NCBI GenBank assembly: GCA_015523565.1
Contig: WAKA01000056.1
Coordinates: forward strand, 1,861-65,860
Direction of reading: 5' to 3'
Length of the DNA: 64,000 nt
Source: Candidatus Heimdallarchaeota archaeon
Lineage (GTDB): Archaea > Asgardarchaeota > Heimdallarchaeia > Heimdallarchaeales > Kariarchaeaceae
The position numbers were made by a program, and so were the translations under genes. Positions 26,249 to 35,800 of this stretch are shown piece after piece. Numbering within the stretch: position 1 is the stretch's first letter; every line of letters starts with the position of its first letter. The notes below the pieces were generated by a model that ran no database searches, was not told the DNA's origin, and saw only the letters and a list, made by a program, of their open reading frames with translations.

Positions 26249-29200
26249 ATGAAGGTAAAATCAAAAATCAAAACTTTTCTAATCGTTGGACTGTTAATCA
26301 TGATGAGCGGTGCAACATTCGCAAATGCATACACTGCGTCATCAAATACTGAAGCAGTTCAGCAACAAATAGAGGAACAGGCACATTATTACACATTCAG
26401 GTCAAATTTGATTGGAGTGTTTTATGATTACAAGGATGAACTTACAAAACAAACAGGTGAAGCCCTTGTAAATTCTTTAGGGCTAATGACACCCAATGTT
26501 GAGGGATTTGCCATCAAAAGATTGGAGGCAATACCAGAAATATTTGATACCAAGGATTTTGACATTGCGGTTTACATATTTCAAACAAATAGCAAGGGAG
26601 TCATTATACACGGTGATTCCAAAAAGGCAACGATATCTTGGGCAAGGTCTGCAAATGTTTTCAACAAAGTTATCGACAGAAATCCAGATGTTGAACATAT
26701 CTTTGCCATGGGAAATACCTACCAATTGTTGAATGCATTGCATGACACAAGAAAGGTTCATGCTTCAAATGAGGAAAAGGTGGATGCCAAAATCATTTAT
26801 TTGTATTCACTGTGGACAATTGCAGATATATTGGAGGAAAGGGGAGGAAAGCAAGCAGCACTTGGAAAAGACATTAGAATGGCTTCATTGAAATTCTTTG
26901 CAAATGAATTCAATGATATTGCCGCAAGAAACATTGCCCCAGAGAGCCCATTGGGAGAAGAATCTCAAGCAACAATTGAAGCTAGAAAGAAAAAATTCTT
27001 TGAAAAGCACCCCGTAAAAGTTGAAAAAATCGCAAGAGACGGATATGTTATTGATCCCAAAACAAAAAGGGAAATGAATCCGGAAACGGGTGAGTTAAGG
27101 TTAGACGGATATGGAGGAGATATATTTCCACAAAGTGCCGTAAGCCCTAGCGACTTTATTGTAAACTTGATTCCAAAAGAGACAGGGCTTAGAGGTCCAA
27201 TTGGTGGAATTGTTGATGAGTTATTAGGGTATTTGATTGACAAGATTGGAAATGTTATTGGGCTGGATTCAAGCACAGTCCAAAAAATTGTTGATACGCT
27301 TCTTAAAATTCCTGATTTAATTGGAATCGTTACAAATCCCTCATCAAGTGCAATTAAGTCATTCATTAATCAATTGAGACCTATGCTTCCAATTCCAGAG
27401 AGTCTAGACCCTTACATAGACTTACTTATCGATGGGATTTTTGCACTTAGAGGAAGTTTCAATGATATTCAAAATTTTATCTTCACTGCTGTCGAAAAAC
27501 TTGTTCCAGACAATATCATCGACCCCTCTGTCATCACAATTATGAAACAAGTGTTGACACTAGGTCAGAAAGTTGCAGATAGAATTTCACAAGGAGGAAA
27601 TGTAATTGATATTATCTTCAGCATTTTGACAGAACAATTGCTTTATAATGTCACTTCTGCATTAGTAGGAAATTCAACTATTTTTGGATTGACCACACAA
27701 CAAATCCAAAAGTTTATTGTAAAAGCAAATGCAACCATTTCTACGGTCATTAATCTTATCTCTACAAAAGATATCAATGGATTGATAAAAACATATGGTC
27801 CAAGCCTTCTTAATTTAGCATTTAATGAATTCAATCTTACAAAGGATCAATCTGAAATGGTCATGCTTGTAGTTAGCATTGTTCTGACTGCAACAGGCGT
27901 TTCCAATGAAAATACGTTGGAAGACCTGCTTTTTGATCTAATTAAGAAATTAACCAATGTGGATGTTGAGACAATTAAAAACAAAGTAGAGGAAATGATC
28001 AAGAAAGTTGGTGAAGCTGTTGAGCAAAAAGTCTCTTCACTGACAGATTTGCAAAATTCAATCAATACGATATTGACGGACCTTAATGTTCCAAACAAAT
28101 ATAAACAGACAATAAAAGACCTCATGGGAATTGTAGTTGCAATTAAAAATGTCAACTTAAACAACTTCCCAGATTTCGCAAACATGATCATTAACTTTTT
28201 GGGAACCTTAGGTGTCCCAAACAATTATCTTGATTCTGCCAAAGAGGTCATTAAAATCCTTATGGGCGTTGTTCAATTTGTCATGAATCCTCCAAGGATG
28301 GAGGACATTCTTAAACAATTGTTGGGTAACCAAGATCTACAAAATTTGATTAACAGCGGACTTAATTTCATCATCAATTTTGTCAAGGGAATTTTCCCCT
28401 TGGACAATTCCAAAACAAATGACAAGATTTCTAACGGCATGGTAAACACGGCAGGACTGACTGCTGATGACTTGATAAATCAAGCATCAGAATATATGGC
28501 CATTGTTTTCAAAGTTATTGATTCAGTGAAAGGCAACTCGATAGAAGGGGTTTTCATGACCCTTATGCAAACAGGAATTGCCATTTTCAGCAAGTTTGCA
28601 CCTGATGATTTCACACCAATGCTTGAACTGGCCAAGTCCGTTTTTGCAACAGTAGTGGATTTCATTAAGAACCCTCCCTCTTTAGAAGATCTATTGAACA
28701 AAATTGTCCCGTTGATACCATCTTCTTACCAAGATCTTGCCAAGCAATTGATTCCATTCATCCTGAAAATCAAGGATGTGTTCACAAATGGTTTCAAGAC
28801 TATTTTCTCACAATTGATAGGATGGGTATCGGGTCAGGTCAAGGGACTAATTGACAAACTCGTGTCTTCAATTTCCAACGCAATGGACAGTGCAAAAGGA
28901 ATAAGCATTGATTTGGACGCACCCCTAGGAGTAGGGGATTTCTCGTTATTCACCATAAAGTTGCATTTTGGATTGGATTTCGGGTTTGAGTTTGATTCAG
29001 AAGCATTTGGAAATATGCTCTTTGATCTTATTTTCAAGGGGCTCTCGATATTTCAAAATAGCGACCCTCTCTCCGTATTAAAAGAATTAATATCATTCTT
29101 TTCAATTGTACCTATTTTTGAAGCCAGTTTTGAGATTGGAGATTTCGGATCTGGCTCAGACGGATTCTTGGACTTCATGCTTCAATCACTTGGAGTTGAA

Positions 29201-32200
29201 CTTTCATTTTCTGGAAATGGGTTCTTCAAATTACAACTGTTCTCATTCAAGAATGGAGTTTTCAATTTTGACGATTTCTTCAAGGTTCTTGAATGGGGGT
29301 TTGGATTTACCATTACAATTAGCAGAACATTCACCCTCCTCGATTTCTTGACAGGTGGAGCAGGTGGTAGCCTCAATGCAATTGGAAAATACATCGGACT
29401 TGATGCCATAAGTATCACCATTGCTTTTTCACTTGCTTTTTCAATTGTAAAACGGGCGGCAACTGCAAATCAGCCAGAAACAGGGTCAATGACGATCACA
29501 ATCACGATTGGTTTCACAGTCTCACTTGGAATTGATATCATAATTGCAAAGCTAGTGCTAACAGGGTCATTAGAAATAACCTTGACATTATTGCAGGATC
29601 TAGTTGCACCTACGCCGCTTCAGGTCTTTATTATGATTGTCCTGACAATAACGGTCACAATTGGCTTCTTGCTATGGGATTGGGACTTTGACTATAAGTG
29701 GTCACCAGATGATTTTGGACCGCCCAAAGGTTATGAAGTTACAAAAACAGATCCGAAAGAGGCAGTTAAAAGCGGTGCTCTTGGAGGAGATTCAGACAAT
29801 GACGGACTTGGTGACGAATATGAGAAACAAACACCAGGACTTGATCCCAATTCAGAAGATTCAGATGGGGATACATTAAGCGACAAATATGAAACGCAAA
29901 CTCTGAAGACTGACCCATCAAACAAGGACACAGATGGTGACGGACTTGATGACAATGTGGAGCTTGACATTTCCACAAACCCACTGGCGCCAGATACAGA
30001 CTTTGATGGATTGACAGATTACGAGGAAAGCGTCATTTATGGAACAAACCCATTGTCAATGGATACCGATGAAGACGGGTTGGACGATAAGTATGAAATT
30101 ACACATGCCTATAACATGACTGGAATCACGCCTTCTGTAAGCCAAGTCATAATTGGTGGAGTTCCGTATACTGACAGGACTGACCCATTAAATCCTGATA
30201 CAGACGGTGACGGATTATTGGATGGGGAGGAAGGACCTAGGGGCATTTATTACGGACCAGAGTTGATAGGAACTGAGGAAGACTATGGATATGTCCCTGA
30301 TCCCCCTCTCATCTTCAATGGAGGTTATACGCACCCACTGGACAATGATACAGACGATGACTCGTACTGGCAATTATATGATGGATCAATCGCCCCTGTT
30401 GAAAATCCCTATATTATGAATTTGGGAGATAAGGTCGAAGTTGAAGGTTTGACAGTTATTCTAATTGATCCATTGACTGGAGAGCCTGAACCTCCAAGAC
30501 TGATTAGAACCAATCCAGTAAACCCAGACTCCGATGGAGACACAGGGGTTACAGCAGACCAAAGAGAGAATCCACCATTTGGATTTTTCTTGAATTCAGA
30601 TGGATATGAACTCGGAATTGCACATACAGACCCATTGGACGGAGATACAGATGATGATGGACTTATTGATGGACTTGAAGGAATTTTAAGACCAGATTCC
30701 AATCATACGGATCCATTGAATCCAGACACAGATGGTGACGGTTTGGGTGACATGCAGGAATCATTGCTGGGAACAGATCCGAGAAGTGTTGACACAGATT
30801 TGGATGGGGTGTCAGATTCTGATGAATACTTCAAGTATGGAACAAACCCATTCCTCAATGACACTGATTCAGACGGATTGGAAGATGGAGAAGAGCTGTT
30901 TTATTATCATTCATCCCCATTTTCACAGGATAGTGATGGAGACGGGTTAAAAGATTATGATGAAGTTTGGGTCTATTTCTCGGATCCAGTCGACGAGGAC
31001 TCCGATAATGATGGATTAACGGACTTTCAAGAAATAATAGTATATTACACAGATCCATTTAACGATGATACCGATGGAGATGGATTGTTGGATGGTGAAG
31101 AGGTAATAGGACTCCCCTATTATGATGAGAATGGAACCCAATACTTGATTAAGACAGACCCAACAAATTGGGATACTGATGGGGATTCCCTGACAACCCT
31201 CAATCAATTTGGGGAAATGAGCATGCCTATGTCCGATAAGGACGAGTTTCTCTTGGGAACGGATCCAACCAGAAAAGATACAGACCTTGATGGTCTTGAG
31301 GACGGATGGGAATTGTGGCTTGGTAAAGGAGAGATCCCCAATTTCACACCCATTAAGATTGATCCATTGTCAAATGACACAGATGGAGACGGATTGTTAG
31401 ATGGACAAGAGCTCTACATTAACAATATCAGTACTCTGCTATATCCGTATGTTGGTAATTTCATTGTAACGCCGTATAATACATCGGCGACCAATCCAGA
31501 CACGGATGGTGACCAACTGTCCGATCTGGAGGAATTACGGGTCACGTTTACGTCTCCATCAAATAATGACACGGACAATGACACCTTAACGGATTATGAA
31601 GAATATGCAATTTATGGCAGTCTACCATACAGAAATGACACAGATGGAGATGGACTTACAGACGATCAGGAAATCCTTGGATTTGAATTCCCAGCCAATA
31701 GCACATCTGGAAATGGAACACTTGGGCTCAGTAAAATACTCTTCACAGATTTCAACAACAGTGATTCTGATGGAGACCTACTACCAGATGGATTTGAGGT
31801 ATATTACTACAACAAGGATCCGACAAATCCAGATGAAAATGGAAACAAAATAGTTGATGGAATGGAAATAGATACAGATGGTGACGGACTTTTCGATGGT
31901 GAAGAGTTCTATGTATATGCAACAATGGAAACACCCGAAGGTGGAGGAATAGAGCAGGTAGACAGTGACCATGATGGATTGTTTGATGGTCAGGAAGTCT
32001 ACGAAACACTAACCTTACCCAATAAATGGGACTCTGATGGGGACAACTATTCCGATGGGCTAGAGATTTATTGTAACACAGATCCACTATCAAATACATC
32101 CAAATCAGAAATGGATGCATGTTTTGCAGGTCTTGAAAGGGTTGTTGTACTGTCCCCAGCAAGAACAACATATCGAACCAATGCAATACCAGTGATTGTC

Positions 32201-32863
32201 TATGATGCCACAGGAAACATGACCTCAATGGAGTACCGCTATAAGAAAGGCAATGGCACCTTTGGTGCATCGACCCCATTGTTGCCCATAACAAACAAGC
32301 CAGGATATTGGGAAGGTACTGCATTGTCCCTGCCATTGGAAAATGGTACATACACATTGGAAGTGACAATTACAAGACCTGACGGAACAACATTCACTAG
32401 ATCTGTAACATTCACAATTGATCTGGGTCCTGGATCCATAAACATAGTTTCACCCGAAGCAAAAACGTATTCATTCAATGAATTGCAGACTCCATCCTTG
32501 CCTATCCAAGTAGAGGCAGGCATAGAATATACAGATGTCTGGTTTAGAATTAGATGGGATAATGGAACCATAATGGCAGACAATACAACATTGAATTTTG
32601 AAGCGGGATTGAATGCATACTACCTGCAAAGCTTCGAATTCCCCAAGATCAGAGGAACAACCAACTACACAATCGAAGTGTTTGGACGTAAGACAAACGG
32701 TATAGAGGTTGTTAAAGCACAGATATTTGCGATCAGATTACCGACCGTAATGGAAAATGTAGTTTATGTGGCTGTACCTGTCGTATCGGTAATAGCCATC
32801 GGTGTAGTCGGTAAAGCAGCGGTAGGAAGTGGGTTCAAGAACCCCTTCAAGAAAAGGAGCTAG
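26249..32863 (+). CDS. Giant (about 2200 aa) membrane-anchored surface protein with TSP3-type Ca-binding repeats
   Basis: I prefer the ATG at 26249 (MKVKSKIKTFLIVGLLIMMSGATFANA, a signal peptide) over the track's TTG at 26210. The order of modules is: a long helical N-terminal region, a Phe/Gly-rich hydrophobic module, about 25 DxDxDGxxDxxE repeats, two Ig-like beta domains, and a C-terminal TM helix with a basic tail (VVYVAVPVVSVIAIGVVGK...KKRS). Confidence 0.85.
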   Translation: MKVKSKIKTFLIVGLLIMMSGATFANAYTASSNTEAVQQQIEEQAHYYTFRSNLIGVFYDYKDELTKQTGEALVNSLGLMTPNVEGFAIKRLEAIPEIFDTKDFDIAVYIFQTNSKGVIIHGDSKKATISWARSANVFNKVIDRNPDVEHIFAMGNTYQLLNALHDTRKVHASNEEKVDAKIIYLYSLWTIADILEERGGKQAALGKDIRMASLKFFANEFNDIAARNIAPESPLGEESQATIEARKKKFFEKHPVKVEKIARDGYVIDPKTKREMNPETGELRLDGYGGDIFPQSAVSPSDFIVNLIPKETGLRGPIGGIVDELLGYLIDKIGNVIGLDSSTVQKIVDTLLKIPDLIGIVTNPSSSAIKSFINQLRPMLPIPESLDPYIDLLIDGIFALRGSFNDIQNFIFTAVEKLVPDNIIDPSVITIMKQVLTLGQKVADRISQGGNVIDIIFSILTEQLLYNVTSALVGNSTIFGLTTQQIQKFIVKANATISTVINLISTKDINGLIKTYGPSLLNLAFNEFNLTKDQSEMVMLVVSIVLTATGVSNENTLEDLLFDLIKKLTNVDVETIKNKVEEMIKKVGEAVEQKVSSLTDLQNSINTILTDLNVPNKYKQTIKDLMGIVVAIKNVNLNNFPDFANMIINFLGTLGVPNNYLDSAKEVIKILMGVVQFVMNPPRMEDILKQLLGNQDLQNLINSGLNFIINFVKGIFPLDNSKTNDKISNGMVNTAGLTADDLINQASEYMAIVFKVIDSVKGNSIEGVFMTLMQTGIAIFSKFAPDDFTPMLELAKSVFATVVDFIKNPPSLEDLLNKIVPLIPSSYQDLAKQLIPFILKIKDVFTNGFKTIFSQLIGWVSGQVKGLIDKLVSSISNAMDSAKGISIDLDAPLGVGDFSLFTIKLHFGLDFGFEFDSEAFGNMLFDLIFKGLSIFQNSDPLSVLKELISFFSIVPIFEASFEIGDFGSGSDGFLDFMLQSLGVELSFSGNGFFKLQLFSFKNGVFNFDDFFKVLEWGFGFTITISRTFTLLDFLTGGAGGSLNAIGKYIGLDAISITIAFSLAFSIVKRAATANQPETGSMTITITIGFTVSLGIDIIIAKLVLTGSLEITLTLLQDLVAPTPLQVFIMIVLTITVTIGFLLWDWDFDYKWSPDDFGPPKGYEVTKTDPKEAVKSGALGGDSDNDGLGDEYEKQTPGLDPNSEDSDGDTLSDKYETQTLKTDPSNKDTDGDGLDDNVELDISTNPLAPDTDFDGLTDYEESVIYGTNPLSMDTDEDGLDDKYEITHAYNMTGITPSVSQVIIGGVPYTDRTDPLNPDTDGDGLLDGEEGPRGIYYGPELIGTEEDYGYVPDPPLIFNGGYTHPLDNDTDDDSYWQLYDGSIAPVENPYIMNLGDKVEVEGLTVILIDPLTGEPEPPRLIRTNPVNPDSDGDTGVTADQRENPPFGFFLNSDGYELGIAHTDPLDGDTDDDGLIDGLEGILRPDSNHTDPLNPDTDGDGLGDMQESLLGTDPRSVDTDLDGVSDSDEYFKYGTNPFLNDTDSDGLEDGEELFYYHSSPFSQDSDGDGLKDYDEVWVYFSDPVDEDSDNDGLTDFQEIIVYYTDPFNDDTDGDGLLDGEEVIGLPYYDENGTQYLIKTDPTNWDTDGDSLTTLNQFGEMSMPMSDKDEFLLGTDPTRKDTDLDGLEDGWELWLGKGEIPNFTPIKIDPLSNDTDGDGLLDGQELYINNISTLLYPYVGNFIVTPYNTSATNPDTDGDQLSDLEELRVTFTSPSNNDTDNDTLTDYEEYAIYGSLPYRNDTDGDGLTDDQEILGFEFPANSTSGNGTLGLSKILFTDFNNSDSDGDLLPDGFEVYYYNKDPTNPDENGNKIVDGMEIDTDGDGLFDGEEFYVYATMETPEGGGIEQVDSDHDGLFDGQEVYETLTLPNKWDSDGDNYSDGLEIYCNTDPLSNTSKSEMDACFAGLERVVVLSPARTTYRTNAIPVIVYDATGNMTSMEYRYKKGNGTFGASTPLLPITNKPGYWEGTALSLPLENGTYTLEVTITRPDGTTFTRSVTFTIDLGPGSINIVSPEAKTYSFNELQTPSLPIQVEAGIEYTDVWFRIRWDNGTIMADNTTLNFEAGLNAYYLQSFEFPKIRGTTNYTIEVFGRKTNGIEVVKAQIFAIRLPTVMENVVYVAVPVVSVIAIGVVGKAAVGSGFKNPFKKRS
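29789..32066 (+). repeat. Intragenic array of about 25 thrombospondin type-3-like (bacterial TSP3-type) calcium-binding repeats
   Basis: The recurrent peptide is (T/N)DP(L/T)xxDTDGDGLxDGEE, for example NPDTDGDGLLDGEE, NKDTDGDGLDDNVE, SNDTDGDGLLDGQE and EIDTDGDGLFDGEE. I counted the copies by eye. Confidence 0.8.
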
Positions 32864-32878
32864 GAGGTCGTGAAAAAA

Positions 32879-35800
32879 ATGAACGTAAAAACAGTTAAAC
32901 TTCTTCTTCTAAATATCTTCCTTGTCGGAATTCTTACCCTTTCTCCATTGGTAGGGGTAAATTCAGCTATTTTTGGCAGTCATAAGACCAGCCAAGAGCC
33001 AAGCCTGTCATCCGATTGGAAAGATGGAATAAATGATAACCCACCTGAAAAATTCAATGACTTGGCAGGGTATAATGAATCGACAGATTTAGGAAAAATA
33101 CTTTCCGACAACGAAAACAATTACGGCCTTAAATGGGACCCATGGGTAACAAAAGCGGCAATCCATGCGATTGCTACCTATAAGGACGGTGATTACCTTG
33201 CATTGGCTGGTGGATATCTCTATGATAACCAAATTCACCTATATAGGTGGAATTACCAGACAGATCAATATGATTTGGTTTCTGAGATCGGTAGCGGTGT
33301 TTTCAAGTCAGACGTAATGAGCCTTCAATTCGCGGATACCGACTACAATAACTTGACTGAGATTATTGCAGGCAGTATGGATGGACGCTTCTATGTCTTC
33401 GAACAAAGGCATCTATATGACCCATATACAAACAGCGAAAATACCTTTGACTTGGTTTATCAAAGTCCAAGACTCGGAAGGGTCTTTGACATTATCGTGG
33501 CAGACCCAGACATGGACTTTAGAAAGGACATAATTGTAGGTCTTGGAGATACAGTCAAATGGTACGAGTATGATACACATGGATCCTATCCATTTGGACC
33601 AGATCATTTTATCGATTATAGGGAAGTGTTTTCATATCAGTTACCATCGCAAATCACATCGTTGGGAATTACTGATGTTGATTATGACGGACTACAAGAA
33701 GTCGCAGTCGGGATGAGGTCTGGAGAAATCCAATTGTTGGAAAACAATGGTACAACACTTGACATCAACGGTTACCCGTACCCAATTGTCCAAGACAACT
33801 CCTATCGGTTTTCATGGTCTTCTGGAACATTGATTCAAAGACCAATTACCGATATTGAAGGAGGAGACATAGACGATGACAATCAAGCAGAACTTATGAT
33901 CGCAGTTCAAGGACAAGGTGCATATGTCTTGGACAATATAGATGGCACGATTGCACCATTCCGAATTGAAAGACCTTTTGCAAGTTGGGAAAGCAACCTT
34001 ACCGCATTTTATTCATTGGACTACTATATAGATTCCATGGTCAATTCATCAAGTCTGGACAATGGAACTTTGTTAAGCTATCCAAACGCAAATGTGTACT
34101 ATGCAAATCTTACAGGAATATTTCCTGAACCACTAAATTATACTCTAGGTAATTTTGCCATCTACCCATATAACTCATACGTTGTAAGGGTTCCAGATCA
34201 AAGATATACATACTTTGAAGCATTGATAAAACCTGCATGGGCGGTTCTGGATTTCGGAAATGATGAGGAAGCCGCAGGAAATGGAGCCCCCACACTTCCA
34301 GAGCTGTTTGTTTACGCCAAAAAAGGAACAGGAGTTCCTGTTCAAAATATTGAGCTGTCAATTTCCGCAGATGGATCTAAATTTTATAAGGTCAATAGTT
34401 CGTATATAAGCCTTGAAACAGAAGGAGTTTACGATGTTTACAAGATTGAAGTTGATCCTACACTAGCAGCGGCAAAACTGAATTATTACAGGTACATCAA
34501 TTGGACAGTTACCTCTGGCATTGTAATGATAGATTATATAGAAACAACAGCAATTAACAATCCAATCTATGATGCACAATCAGTGGAAGTTGGTCCGCTT
34601 CAATTGAAAGATAAAGCGGCCAATACTGTCGGTTTCATTGGAACAATTGATGGAGCAATTTTGGCAGTGGATTGGAATGAAACAAAGGGCAGGTATGAAA
34701 TAGTTTGGGACAGCTGGAGAGATGAACGATATAAAATGGGAACTAATCTATTTGATCTTGAAATCATCAAAAAGAAAGGAACATTTCCAGCATGGATATT
34801 CAATGATCTCCAAAGTAAAGTGGGACAATTCCAATATGGAGTATACAATCCTGAAAACTATACGAATTATGGAAAGGTTGTCTCATATGAAACGGCCAAT
34901 TTCTATAATTATCATTCTGAATCTGTTCCTGAAACAATACTTGTAACTGATCAAGACAAGGTATTGGTTGCAACACAAGCATCTCCACAGGCAGATTTGT
35001 CCATCAACATACCTCTAACAGAGATGTTCTTTGAGACACCCCAATATAACTATATTGTTGGAAAATACATGCCTTCAATCCAAAGTTATATTGATTCAAG
35101 AAATGCTGCAACTAGTGCAGATCTTTATTTTTCAATTTCATTGGTGCCAATGGAAACTTCATTTGATGACCAAGGAACAGGGAACTACCTGAATTTGCAG
35201 GATAGTGCATACCTGTTATTCTTAAGTGAATGGGGTGGCACACTTGGCTCGGTCAAACCAAATTCAGGAGTACCTGAAAAACCAAGCGCCCCAACACAAA
35301 TTACAATATGGTATTTGGATAATATTTATTCAGGTTGCCCACCAGGAGTTGATCAATGTGCAGCATTTATTCCAATGGTTGAACCAAATACAGTGAATGT
35401 AAAAACATTCAGCAAAGAAGAAATTTCAGGACAGCTCGCGGGAGTCCTTAGAGAATCGACATGGATGCCAAAAATTACAGCAGGTGATTTTATTGGATCT
35501 AGATTTAAGGACTATGTTCTTACCAATGGAAAGGTTCATCTCATTGAAGTTGAATATGGACTTATAGAAAATCAGCCAATTGGAGGCGGACAAGATGAAG
35601 GAGGTTCTATACTTCCAACTGCTTTTCTGACAAAATCCAACAAGATAAGTCTTTCATATAAGGGAGACTACTTCAAGGAAATCAATGAACAGGCCAAAGG
35701 AAGACAATGGACTGACGCCAATGTTGTTGACTTTGACAATGATGGTGATTTGGATCTTATTCTTGGATTTGCAAGCTATTCTAACTCTAGGTTTGGCATA

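Noticed and set aside
29789-32066. Highly repetitive DNA that could be mistaken for a CRISPR or tandem-repeat locus
   Set aside because: The periodicity is at the protein level (TSP3 motifs) within one long open frame. There are no identical direct repeats with unique spacers and no cas genes.
31752-32369. A 205-aa minus-strand ORF, and several others at 26965-27366, 27847-28224, 30409-30702 and 32239-32583, all inside the giant TSP3 gene
   Set aside because: They are antisense to a gene with strong domain evidence on the plus strand. Their translations are low-complexity or His/Leu/Ser-rich with no motifs, which is typical of shadow ORFs in long genes.
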